A stretch of 64,000 nt of DNA, taken from Candidatus Melainabacteria bacterium 17Bon1m. GTDB taxonomy: Bacteria > Cyanobacteriota > Vampirovibrionia > Obscuribacterales > Obscuribacteraceae. The translations under genes were made by a program, and so were the position numbers. The notes under the pieces were generated by a model that worked only from the letters and a program-made list of their open reading frames with translations, made no database searches and was not told the origin of the DNA. Of the stretch, positions 48,643 through 58,152 are shown one piece after another. The number at the start of each line of letters is the position of its first letter. Positions within the stretch are counted from its first letter, which is position 1. The stretch is from NCBI GenBank assembly GCA_032128875.1, contig JAVLKG010000011.1, forward strand, positions 96,001 through 160,000. Reading direction: 5' to 3'.

Positions 48643-48978
48643 TTACTCCTTGCTCTGTGTATTTTGGCACGTTTTAGCCGTATCTGTGCACTCTCTGTAT
48701 ACAAGCTGTATCAGTTGCTCAGAGAGCGGGAAAGCCACAGAGCGTGGGGCTGGCTTGCCCTTTACTTTTCGTCCTTCCAGGGCCCCTTTCAGGCGTGTGC
48801 CTTTCAAAGCCTGGTCAACACAGGCTTTCCGGCGACAAATATAAACCGATCTTCCTGACAGGTGCTTATTGCCTGTGTTCAGGCGCACTTCACTGCTTTG
48901 ATAGTCGCAGGTGAGGCGAATTAAATCTTTCTGCGCTTTCTTCAAACGGCATGCCACGCAGATTCGCGTAGAAAGCAA
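48643..48978 (-). CDS. ylxR: YlxR/RnpM (DUF448) RNA-binding protein
   Basis: RICVACR, GRSVYIC...C; lies between nusA and infB. Confidence 0.9.
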   Translation of the reverse strand: MLSTRICVACRLKKAQKDLIRLTCDYQSSEVRLNTGNKHLSGRSVYICRRKACVDQALKGTRLKGALEGRKVKGKPAPRSVAFPLSEQLIQLVYRECTDTAKTCQNTQSKE

Positions 48979-49100
48979 CGGGCTGTCTCTCCGGTTGGAT
49001 GCGGCAAGAGAAAATAGATCGAACTAACCAGGCAGCTGTACTGGCTGCCCTTCAAGCTCTTTTCAATTCCCGCGTGAGTGTTTCTCTGTGAACGTTAATT

Positions 49101-49133
49101 AGAAAAAGAGGACCGGATAAAGCCCGGTCCTCT
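49101..49133 (-). terminator. Intrinsic terminator immediately after nusA
   Basis: Minus strand AGAGGACCGG-GCTTTAT-CCGGTCCTCT followed by TTTT. Confidence 0.75.
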
Positions 49134-49145
49134 GCTTGACTGCAT

Positions 49146-50285
49146 TTACGCTTGGGCGCCCAGGTCTTCCAATGTTTGATTGAGAGATTTGAACGAACCG
49201 CCTGCTTGAGATTCGGATTTGATGTCGATTTTCCAGCCGGTCAGTTTTGCCGCCAGACGGACGTTTTGACCGCCGCGACCGATAGCCAAACTAAGTTGAT
49301 CGTCAGGAACGATTACTTCGGCTCTCTTGCCGCCCGCTTCCGGATTCTCTTCGTAAAGAGCTACGGTTGTGATGCGGGCAGGGCTGAGCGCATTAGAGAT
49401 GTAATCGACCGGGTCACCGGAGAAGCGGATGACGTCAATCTTTTCGTTACGCAGTTCGGCAACGACGTTCTGAATACGAACGCCTCGTGTACCGATACAG
49501 GCGCCGACCGGATCGACATCGGCATCATCGGAATGCACGGCAATCTTTGTACGATAGCCGGCTTCACGAGCAATCGATTTGATTTCGACTGTTCCGTCTT
49601 CGATTTCCGGAACATAAAGTTCGAACAATTCTCTAACCAGTTCGGGGTGCGCTTGCGAGACGATAATCTGCGGAACGCGGCCGGTTTCTCTCAGTTCGAG
49701 AACGTACACACGAACGCGGTTGCCCACTCTGTATGTTTCGCCAGGCAACTGTTCGCGTGTGGGCATGCAGCCTTCGACGCGTCCGAGGTTGACGATGACG
49801 TTGTTTCTCGTATTGGAGATAACTTCGATACGCTCGATTTGCCCGGTTGTGCAGGTGCCTTTGCGAGCTTCGAATTCTTTTTTGATCAGTTCCTTTTCAG
49901 CTTCTCTCAAACGTTGAGTCATCAACTGCTTGGCTGTTTGAGCCGCGATACGGCCGAACTCTGAGAAGTCTGCCGGTGTTACTTCGATTTCCAAAACTTC
50001 GCCGACTGTTACGTCAGGAATCAGATCTTTAGCATCTTCGAGGCTGATCTGGTGATATTCGTTTTCCGCTTTGTCCACAACTTCTTTGGGAGCAAAGATG
50101 CCGATTTCACCTGTTTCGTGGTCGAAGATTGCCCGTACGCCTTCGACATCGTGGTCGGGCACTTTCTTTTTGTAAGCGGCAACGATAGCGTCGCACACGT
50201 ATGAGATGAATTCTGCTTGCGGAATATTGCGCTCTCTTTCCAGCTCTTCAGCTGCTTCCAAGAGTTTGTCGCCTATTTTGATCAT
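49146..50285 (-). CDS. nusA: Transcription termination/antitermination factor NusA
   Basis: FGRIAAQTAKQ, AREAGYRTKIAV, SLAIGRGGQNVRLAAKLTGWKIDI. Confidence 0.97.
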   Translation of the reverse strand: MIKIGDKLLEAAEELERERNIPQAEFISYVCDAIVAAYKKKVPDHDVEGVRAIFDHETGEIGIFAPKEVVDKAENEYHQISLEDAKDLIPDVTVGEVLEIEVTPADFSEFGRIAAQTAKQLMTQRLREAEKELIKKEFEARKGTCTTGQIERIEVISNTRNNVIVNLGRVEGCMPTREQLPGETYRVGNRVRVYVLELRETGRVPQIIVSQAHPELVRELFELYVPEIEDGTVEIKSIAREAGYRTKIAVHSDDADVDPVGACIGTRGVRIQNVVAELRNEKIDVIRFSGDPVDYISNALSPARITTVALYEENPEAGGKRAEVIVPDDQLSLAIGRGGQNVRLAAKLTGWKIDIKSESQAGGSFKSLNQTLEDLGAQA

Positions 50286-50413
50286 GGATTTGACTCCTTC
50301 AGTCTATTCAATTTTAGTATTCAGTTTTAGTTTCCGGTTTTCTTTTCTTTTCGTAGAAGCGGCATGGTGACCGCATTCTCTCAGGTTGGGTTTCCCCTAA
50401 ATCTGTTTTGCTC

Positions 50414-51046
50414 TCACTCTTTGTCCTGGCATTCCTCATCGGCATTCAGGTCTACAGGCGGTAATTTAGGCATCTCTTGCGGATGAAGGCGGACGAGTGC
50501 CACCTTCTTCATATCGAGAATCAAGCTAGGGCAGCCTGGTGTTGCGGATTTCTGCAGTTCTGCCGCCTTCTTTGATGGCTTGGCGTTGTGCCCCATACCT
50601 TTCTTTGCCAAAACCGGCTTCACATTTTTTAGATGCAGTTTGCCGTCAAGAAGCGCTTCCAGGGTGCCGGTGAATTCCGTGCCTACATCTTGTACTTTGT
50701 CTTTTGCTCTGACAAAAACCTGATGTCCGGCAAATACGAGAAACTCACGCGCGGTCTTTAGCTCTCTTTCGATACCCGGACTCTGTACTTCTAGATAGTA
50801 CGAACCTTCGATGATCGCCGGCTTGTTAGTCTCGGGCTCTAAAACCTCGCCCAGCTGGCGGCTAATTGTTTCACAATCCGACAAACCAACCGATTTTGTA
50901 TGTGAGAAAATCGTCACTTCCACGCTCTTTCTGCGTCCTTGCTGCGTCAGGCGCACATCGACGACTTGAAAGCCCAGCGGGGCGGCGATTTTTTCGGCGA
51001 GCCCTGTCACCTCCAAAATCACATCTTCTGGTTTTCTACTTGTCAT
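50414..51046 (-). CDS. rimP: Ribosome maturation factor RimP
   Basis: LSDCETISR, YYLEVQSPGIERELK; first gene of the nusA operon; start uncertain (51046 or 51106). Confidence 0.92.
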   Translation of the reverse strand: MTSRKPEDVILEVTGLAEKIAAPLGFQVVDVRLTQQGRRKSVEVTIFSHTKSVGLSDCETISRQLGEVLEPETNKPAIIEGSYYLEVQSPGIERELKTAREFLVFAGHQVFVRAKDKVQDVGTEFTGTLEALLDGKLHLKNVKPVLAKKGMGHNAKPSKKAAELQKSATPGCPSLILDMKKVALVRLHPQEMPKLPPVDLNADEECQDKE

Positions 51047-51154
51047 TTTTACCGGCTGGCCGATGGTCACACTGAATGCGGCTGTCTCTTGGCTATCGTG
51101 GCGCATCGTGCTGCGGGCGGCTCATACAAGCCAAACACGACAAAGACACCGCCG

Positions 51155-51194
51155 AAATAAAAGAGGGCGTAGGCTTAGGCTTCCTACACGTCTC
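51155..51194 (-). promoter_or_regulatory. Leader hairpin with U-tract (attenuator-like) upstream of rimP
   Basis: Minus strand GAGACGTGTAGG...CCTACGCCCTC-TTTTATTT. Confidence 0.55.
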
Positions 51195-51326
51195 AATTGC
51201 TTCCCTTGCAAGCCGCTATGTTAGCATACCGGCAGTTTTCAAACAATCCGGGACATATGGAGCCGGTCTGGCGCCGGTTTTGCGACTTCAAAAGTATTGA
51301 TTTCCTATCTTCAAAAAGGGGCTAGA

Positions 51327-51836
51327 GTGCCGATTTCTGTCAGTTTTACCAACCAGCAAAAGTATCTGAAGGTGAGCAAGAAAGAGTGGAAAGCCAAGTT
51401 CGACAAGCTTGCAGCCGCAATAATTCGCAATCTTCAGGAGGAGCCACCGCCGCATCTGAAGAAGAAGTGGTTGGCGAAAGTTGCTGAAAGAGGCGTGTTC
51501 AACGTCGTTTTCGTTACTAACGATGAAATCCAGGATTTGAACCGCCAGTGGCGAAACAAGGACGCACCGACCGATGTACTTTCATTCCCGATGGATGCCG
51601 ACGAGCCCCCGCCGGGAGAGCCATGGGAATTGGGCGATGTGATCGTCTCGGTTGAGAGAGCCGATGAGCAGGCTGAAGATTATGGACACAGTCTCGAGCG
51701 AGAGCTGTGCTTCCTCTTTGTGCACGGAGCCCTGCATGTTTTAGGCTTTGATCACGAAACGAAAAAAGAAGAAAAGGAAATGTTCGGGCGGCAAAAGGTT
51801 GTCCTTGATTCTCAAGGAATCAGCCGGGACAAATAA
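51327..51836 (+). CDS. ybeY: rRNA maturation RNase YbeY
   Basis: PTDVLSFP, LGDVIVS, HGALHVLGFDH. Confidence 0.95.
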   Translation: MPISVSFTNQQKYLKVSKKEWKAKFDKLAAAIIRNLQEEPPPHLKKKWLAKVAERGVFNVVFVTNDEIQDLNRQWRNKDAPTDVLSFPMDADEPPPGEPWELGDVIVSVERADEQAEDYGHSLERELCFLFVHGALHVLGFDHETKKEEKEMFGRQKVVLDSQGISRDK

Positions 51837-51920
51837 GGAAACTATATAAACAACTGAGATAGAAGCAATTTCTTCGCTTGCTCGACGTGTTATCTTGCAA
51901 AATGGAAGAGGAATTCTACA

Positions 51921-52430
51921 GTGACCGCAGGAACCGCAACTAAAGCCGCAGAGTCGAATTCTCTAAATTCGGTGTCGTCAAAGAAGGCGAACACTGCGGC
52001 AGTCACAGCAAAACGTGACAGTACATTTGTTGTACCTGCGAGCTGGCAACACAAGACCGGCCGCACCACAAGCATGATCGAGTCTTTCTACCACGCATTT
52101 TCCGGCATTCGGCAGGGCTTGAAAGAGCAGCGCAATCTGCGTATCCATTTCACGCTCTCTGCTCTGGTTGTATGTTTGGGCGTTTTCCTTCATGTAGACG
52201 CGGCGAGCTGGCTGGCGCTGGTGCTTTGCATTGGGCTTGTAATTGGCGCTGAGCTGCTCAATACAGCCATTGAGCACGTAGTCGATTTGACTGCGGGCGG
52301 TGAATATCATCTGGCAGCCAAAAAGGCGAAGGACACAGCAGCAGCGGCTGTTTTGGTGGTCGCTCTGGCGGCATCGGCAGTGGGAGCAATCGTCTTCCTG
52401 CCCAGGCTCTGTGCCTATTTTGGAGTTTAA
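51921..52430 (+). CDS. dgkA: Diacylglycerol/undecaprenol kinase family protein (DgkA)
   Basis: EQRNLRIH, ELLNTAIEHVVD, AKKAKDTAAAAVL; follows ybeY. Confidence 0.9.
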   Translation: MTAGTATKAAESNSLNSVSSKKANTAAVTAKRDSTFVVPASWQHKTGRTTSMIESFYHAFSGIRQGLKEQRNLRIHFTLSALVVCLGVFLHVDAASWLALVLCIGLVIGAELLNTAIEHVVDLTAGGEYHLAAKKAKDTAAAAVLVVALAASAVGAIVFLPRLCAYFGV

Positions 52431-52607
52431 AATGCCCTTTATCGGGCATAACATATAGGTAGGGGTGGCAAAATCAAAACCCCGTCTGGTGCGGCATTTC
52501 ACGGGCTCCGTGGGATTTTTCCCATTGACTGTCCAATCTTCGCTGAGTTATGTATATATGCGAGCACGACTACATAAAGACCTAACCCCTTTGCGAGGTC
52601 CCACCGA

Positions 52608-53795
52608 ATGAGTACGGGTGATTACGATTCCCGTCCAGCAAATCTATATCAGTTTGCGGATGGCAATCAGAACAACCAAGGCGACAGAACTGATATGTAT
52701 CAGTTCAATGGCGGCGACGGACCAAGTCGCTTCCAGGAAGAAGGTTGGAATATACCTCGTGGTCAGACCAAGACCTACGCATTCCCGATGGATAATCAGG
52801 GCTATCCTGTTATCAACAATTACGGGACCGTCAACATTTATATGGCCGGCGGCAACGGTTATGACGACGCCTCATGTCGAGCACAGCAGGCCGCCAAGCT
52901 CAACGACATGATGTCTGGTCGCTATGACAATTACGATGACCGTTATCGTGAGCAATATTCTCCGGACTACAATCGACTGTCCGACTTCAGGCGCCAAGCG
53001 CTGATTCGCGACGGACAACGTATGGATCAGCAATTCCGCGATCAATACGAACGCAGCAGCTATAGACCTGACCCCTATTACGATCGTAGTTTCAACGATT
53101 ACGCATACAGGCGTCCGGGTGGCAACGACGTCAGCTATACGCATGGCGGGCGCGATGGAATCAGCTTCTATAGAAGCGAGCCTTCGTACAACAGCCTTCC
53201 ACCATGGGTCAATGATGACTGCTTCGGTACAGGAAGAGATAGAAATGGCTATCGTATCTTCCAAGATTTGCTGCAGACAGGCTTGTCTTATGACATAGCT
53301 CGCCGACACGCACGCAACGGTGGCGACGACTATTATGGCAGTGGACGCTGGGATCGCGGATACGACAATGCTCGTATGAACCCGATTGAGTACATGTTGT
53401 TGAACAATGCCATTGGTGGCAATCGTTGGGATCGCTATAGCAACCGCTATTACGATAACCGCGATATCAACTACACCCATGGCGGACGCGACGGCTTGTC
53501 CTTCTACAATCAATCGCCATCTTGGGATAGATATGGCTCTGGCAACGCCGGTCTCGGCTTGTTGGAAGACGGACTGAAAACCTATTTGGCATACGACATT
53601 GCCAGACGCTCTGTACCGAAATACGATTCACACAATAACGTAAATTCGTATTATTCAAACAACGATCGCTATTACAACGATCGCTACGAAAATCATCAAG
53701 CGTATGCTCGTGCGCGTCAAGACATCATGTACCAGCGCAACCAGGAGCGTATCGCCTACAATCGTCAAAGAGCATTAGAACGTCGTCAAGGCTAA
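52608..53795 (+). CDS. Tyr/Asp/Arg/Asn/Gly-rich low-complexity hypothetical protein with an internal duplication
   Basis: 395-aa ORF, GAGG RBS; YTHGGRDG(I/L)SFY and L(S/A)YDIARR each occur twice. Confidence 0.8.
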   Translation: MSTGDYDSRPANLYQFADGNQNNQGDRTDMYQFNGGDGPSRFQEEGWNIPRGQTKTYAFPMDNQGYPVINNYGTVNIYMAGGNGYDDASCRAQQAAKLNDMMSGRYDNYDDRYREQYSPDYNRLSDFRRQALIRDGQRMDQQFRDQYERSSYRPDPYYDRSFNDYAYRRPGGNDVSYTHGGRDGISFYRSEPSYNSLPPWVNDDCFGTGRDRNGYRIFQDLLQTGLSYDIARRHARNGGDDYYGSGRWDRGYDNARMNPIEYMLLNNAIGGNRWDRYSNRYYDNRDINYTHGGRDGLSFYNQSPSWDRYGSGNAGLGLLEDGLKTYLAYDIARRSVPKYDSHNNVNSYYSNNDRYYNDRYENHQAYARARQDIMYQRNQERIAYNRQRALERRQG

Positions 53796-53813
53796 TCGCC
53801 AAAGCGTGAGCCA

Positions 53814-54638
53814 CTAAAGTCCAAAGAATACTGTGCTCGAATCCGGGTTTGCAGAATCTCTGATGATTCTCAACTCTGTGTCGAATGCTGATTGGAGATT
53901 CTCTCTGGTCAAAACGTCTTGAGGCGCCCCAGTGAATAACTGGGTGGACGGACCTTTTGGAGATTTTTTCAAGCAGACTACTTGATCGCACACTTGCGAG
54001 ATGAAGTTCAAATCGTGCAGGCAAGTGATAATAGTCATCCCTTGCGATTTCAAATGCAGCATCAGTTGCATCAAGCTTTTCTGATGTTTGAAGTCGAGAT
54101 GAGCAGTTGGTTCGTCCAGGAGCAAAATTTCCGGCTCTTGTGCAAGTGACATTGCAATCGCCGTCCTCTGACGTTCTCCGCCAGATATCTCAGATACTGA
54201 TTTGCCGCGCAGGTCGCCTAGTTCTGTCGCTTTGATAGCATTCTCCAGAGCTGATTTGTCGTTGTGGTCGGTTCTCCATTGCCACCATTTCTGGTGCGGG
54301 TTTCTTCCCAGCGCAATCATGTCCTCGACGGTCAGCTCTCTTGAATTGGCGATATCTTGCGGTACATAAGCCAGTTTTTTCGCCAGTGATGCCAGCTCAA
54401 GCGAGGAGAGTTCCTTTCCTTCAATAATGACTCTTCCATCAATAGCTGGAATTAGTCTGGCAATTGTTTTCAATAAAGTCGATTTTCCCGCTCCATTGCC
54501 TCCCGCTATTGCCGTCACGGTTCCGCGTTGGACTTTGAGTGAAACACCTTGCACGACCGGTTTTGTATTAAATCCGGCTGAAAGATTTTCGAGTTCGAGA
54601 ACATCAGTGTTTGCAATAGATATGTTCGAATCTTGCAT
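53814..54638 (-). CDS. ABC transporter ATP-binding protein (iron-chelate/cobalamin type)
   Basis: GGNGAGKST, ISGGERQR, LLLDEPTAHLD, LHDLN. Confidence 0.92.
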   Translation of the reverse strand: MQDSNISIANTDVLELENLSAGFNTKPVVQGVSLKVQRGTVTAIAGGNGAGKSTLLKTIARLIPAIDGRVIIEGKELSSLELASLAKKLAYVPQDIANSRELTVEDMIALGRNPHQKWWQWRTDHNDKSALENAIKATELGDLRGKSVSEISGGERQRTAIAMSLAQEPEILLLDEPTAHLDFKHQKSLMQLMLHLKSQGMTIITCLHDLNFISQVCDQVVCLKKSPKGPSTQLFTGAPQDVLTRENLQSAFDTELRIIRDSANPDSSTVFFGL

Positions 54639-55660
54639 CACACGTCCTCTCCTTTGCTCGTTGAGATCAAGTAGAGGAAAAACGGACCGCCGACAAGCGA
54701 GAGTAGCGTCCCGAGCGGAAGTTCTTGTCCTTGGCCGAGCGTGCGCGCGGCGAGATCTGACAGTGTTACGAGGACTGCTCCGATTAATGCCGAAGCGATG
54801 ACCTCTATGCGCTCGTCGCGGACGAATAGCATACGTGCGAGATTCGGTGCAATAAGTCCGACGAAAGCGACTAGCCCGGAAGCAGAAACCGCAGCTCCAC
54901 ACATCAGTACCGCACAGGCTAAAAGCAGCCACTGAAGTTTGGAAACATCGACTCCAAGCGCTTGTGCTGTTTCATCGCCTAATGAAAGAACGCGAATCTG
55001 TTTGCTAAGAAGCAGCGTTGCAATAATACCGCCTATGGTGTACAGCGATAGTGTTCCCAAATCACTCCAACCCCTTCCGGCAATTCCACCTGCCAGCCAG
55101 AAGATAATTCCTTGAGCTTGAGGCGCACCACCTGACTGAGTAATGATGAGCGTTATGAGCGAACCACAGACTGCCGATATCGCTACGCCGCCGAGGATCA
55201 ATCTTGTTACGGAAAGTCCTCCGGCTCGCTTAGCCATTTGAGCGACCAAGAGTGCGGCAGCCAGTCCACCGATGAAAGCGCAGGCCGGCATGAGACTGAA
55301 ATTTAGTCCCAGGATTATTGCAAGCGCCACAGCCAGTCCGGCTCCGCTAGACACTCCCGTCAGGTAAGGATCGGCCAGAGCATTTCTAGACAACGCTTGC
55401 AAAATATAGCCTGACACTGCCAGTGCGGCACCGACTGCGGTGGCAATCAATGTACGCGGCAAGCGAATTTGCGTGAGTATGTCGGCGACCCCAGGTGCTG
55501 ATGCGCTCGAAGTACCGCCCATAATGAGCTCCAGCGCTTCCTTGGGCGCGACGAAGACGTCGCCGATACATACGGACGTGAGAAAGCCAGCAAAAAGTAC
55601 GCCCGTTAGTACTACGAGCTTAAGGGCCATATTTGGTCTGGGGGATGCTGCGCTTGTCAT
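54638..55660 (-). CDS. FecCD/BtuC family ABC permease
   Basis: IRLPR, RNALADPYLTGVSSGA, FVGLIAP. Confidence 0.92.
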   Translation of the reverse strand: MTSAASPRPNMALKLVVLTGVLFAGFLTSVCIGDVFVAPKEALELIMGGTSSASAPGVADILTQIRLPRTLIATAVGAALAVSGYILQALSRNALADPYLTGVSSGAGLAVALAIILGLNFSLMPACAFIGGLAAALLVAQMAKRAGGLSVTRLILGGVAISAVCGSLITLIITQSGGAPQAQGIIFWLAGGIAGRGWSDLGTLSLYTIGGIIATLLLSKQIRVLSLGDETAQALGVDVSKLQWLLLACAVLMCGAAVSASGLVAFVGLIAPNLARMLFVRDERIEVIASALIGAVLVTLSDLAARTLGQGQELPLGTLLSLVGGPFFLYLISTSKGEDV

Positions 55661-55756
55661 TGATTGCTGTACGTTGCAAGTAACGGATGAGATACAGAAT
55701 TCTACATCCTCTTAGGTGCGTGATACTATTTAGCACTTCCAATAGGTGTTACACAC

Positions 55757-56920
55757 GTGGCCATTTATCTGGACAACAGCGCAACTACGCCTGTCAGGCG
55801 TGAAGTAATTGACGAGATGCTTCCATTTTTGGAGAGCGACTTCGGCAATCCTTCGTCGATTCATTCGCACGGAATGAAAGCTGCCTCCGCAGTCAAACTC
55901 TCAAGGGAGCGCGTTGCCGGGCTTTTGGGCTGCATGCCTGCGGAAGTTTATTTCAGTCCCTGTGGCACCTACGCAAACAACGTCGCTATTCTCGGGCGTG
56001 CTCGTTTTGTAGAAGCTAATGATGGCGGCCGCCATCTAATCACGACTTCGATAGAGCATCCCTCAGTAATCGGACCTAGCCAACATTTGGAATCGAGAGG
56101 CTGGCGCGTCACTTATTTGCCTGTAGACAAAGACGGCATCATCGACCTTGAGCAGTTGAAGAATGCAATTTCCAATGACACATCCATAATCTCAGTCATG
56201 TGGGCGAACAACGAGATTGGCTCTCTGCAACCGATCGAACAGATTGCGAAAGTTGCCCAAGAGCGCGGCATCTTTTTCCACACGGACGCCGTGCAAGTGC
56301 CCGGAAAATTGCCGATTGATGTAAGCAAACATTCTACTATTAGCGCTCTGTCTGTCTCCGGGCATAAATTCTATGCTCCGAAAGGTATTGGCGTACTTTA
56401 TTTGAAGCAAGGGGAAAACGTCATGCCTACCGCTTTTGGGGGCGGTCAGGAGATGGGAATACTGCCGGGCACCGAGTCTGTCCCGAATATTGTCGCGATT
56501 GGAAAAGCTGCTGAGCTTGCGGCAAGCGAAGTTTTAGAAACCAGCAAAGCTCTGCGCAATTTGCAGCGTATTCTGCTGGAAAAGCTCATGCCAGTCGAAG
56601 GACTGCGAATCACTGGTCCCTGTGAAATTGAAAAAAGGTTGCCGGGTCATGTCAGTGTGGCGATTTCAGGAGCAGAGGGCGAATCTTTAGTAATGAAGTG
56701 CGACCTCAAAGGAATCAGCGTATCAAGCGGGTCGGCTTGCCACAAAGGGATAATTGAACCTTCCTCTGTATTGCGTGCGCTCAGACTTGCCGAATCCGAA
56801 GCTAGAGGTTCGTTGCGTATCTCTGCTGGACGTTTCAACACCATTGAAGAATGTGAGAAAGCCGCCGATCTAATTGCACAAATTGCCGCCAAGTCAGCTA
56901 AAACAGTCTCGGCAAATTAG
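55757..56920 (+). CDS. Cysteine desulfurase (IscS/NifS type)
   Basis: YLDNSATT, GNPSSIH, HTDAVQ, SGHKFYAPKG, SSGSAC. Confidence 0.93.
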   Translation: MAIYLDNSATTPVRREVIDEMLPFLESDFGNPSSIHSHGMKAASAVKLSRERVAGLLGCMPAEVYFSPCGTYANNVAILGRARFVEANDGGRHLITTSIEHPSVIGPSQHLESRGWRVTYLPVDKDGIIDLEQLKNAISNDTSIISVMWANNEIGSLQPIEQIAKVAQERGIFFHTDAVQVPGKLPIDVSKHSTISALSVSGHKFYAPKGIGVLYLKQGENVMPTAFGGGQEMGILPGTESVPNIVAIGKAAELAASEVLETSKALRNLQRILLEKLMPVEGLRITGPCEIEKRLPGHVSVAISGAEGESLVMKCDLKGISVSSGSACHKGIIEPSSVLRALRLAESEARGSLRISAGRFNTIEECEKAADLIAQIAAKSAKTVSAN

Positions 56921-58084
56921 TTAGTCGCTTCCTTTTGGCGCGCGTGGTATTACGCCGCTCACTGTGGCGCCGAGTTCTTTTGCTTTTGCAACATCTTTGA
57001 GCTCAGCTTGAACATTGCCAACCTGCTTGTGAATTTGAGCGCGCAGTAAGTATCCTCGAGCATCTCTGGGGTGCGTTTTCAAATAATGATTAACATCAAT
57101 CATCGCCTGGTGCGCTCGACCCAAGCCAAGATAGGACATTGCGCGTTCTAGAAAAACAGGTACTGTGGAATCTGTTTCTGCCAAACCATAGCGGATTGCC
57201 ATCGTGTAGTCGCTGATGGCATTTTTGTAGTCTTTCATTAATCGATAAACACGACCACGATTGAAATAAATATGCGGAGTGCCATTTTTCCGCTGCGTTG
57301 CTTTATTAAAGTCTGCCAGTGCCGACTTGTAATCACCCATTTCTCCATATGCGCAGCCGCGGCTGTGGTAAGCATATGTGAGCGTCGGGTCCAAGTCGAT
57401 TGCTGTTGTGTAATCGGCAATAGCAGCTTTGTACTCTTTGGTTTTAAATTTAACAGCACCTCTATAAAAGTAAGCGAGCGAATTTTTCTTGTCTTTACTA
57501 ATTGCTGCGTTCAAGTCTTTGAGCGCCTTGTCATAACGATCTAGCTTGAAATACAATCCACCTCGCAATGTGATTGCTTCATTATTGCCGGGTTGTAACT
57601 TCAACGCATGATTGATGTCGTACTCGGCGCCCTGCAATTGCGAGACGCGCAAGAGAATCCGCGCGCGCTTATTGAACAGTTCCACCTTTTGCGGATTGAG
57701 AGTAATCGATTGATTGAGGTCGGCAACAGCACCTTCGTGATTGCGCTCTTCGCTGCGCAAATCCGCCCTCAGTGTGTGCAGGGGTTCGCTTGAACTGTTC
57801 TTTTCAATTGCTGCATTCAGTATTTGTATTGCGCGGTCAGGGTGTCCCGTGCTTTTTTGTTTTAGGGCTTCTTGCAGGCTTTGCTCGTCTTCTTTGCCGT
57901 GAAAATTGGCAATCGGTGCGGCCAGAGCTGCCGGGATAGCTGACGGAATAAAAGGATAGTTCGGGAATGAATAATCTTTCAAAAAGCCTGACTGTGGCTG
58001 CTTTTCTGTTGTTGAAACGGTGAGCGCCGCAAGAACAACAATCGCGAATGGAGCAGTTATTTTCGAAGCACGAATTGCGATCAT
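56921..58084 (-). CDS. TPR repeat protein, probably exported
   Basis: Multiple AYFYRG/AYHSRG/YFNRG TPR motifs; hydrophobic N-terminus. Confidence 0.85.
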   Translation of the reverse strand: MIAIRASKITAPFAIVVLAALTVSTTEKQPQSGFLKDYSFPNYPFIPSAIPAALAAPIANFHGKEDEQSLQEALKQKSTGHPDRAIQILNAAIEKNSSSEPLHTLRADLRSEERNHEGAVADLNQSITLNPQKVELFNKRARILLRVSQLQGAEYDINHALKLQPGNNEAITLRGGLYFKLDRYDKALKDLNAAISKDKKNSLAYFYRGAVKFKTKEYKAAIADYTTAIDLDPTLTYAYHSRGCAYGEMGDYKSALADFNKATQRKNGTPHIYFNRGRVYRLMKDYKNAISDYTMAIRYGLAETDSTVPVFLERAMSYLGLGRAHQAMIDVNHYLKTHPRDARGYLLRAQIHKQVGNVQAELKDVAKAKELGATVSGVIPRAPKGSD

Positions 58085-58152
58085 AATTGCTCTAATTTAT
58101 GTGAGTTCCCTTGTGTGCTGCGTTATTTTAAGGCTGCGTTATTTACTTGCTG

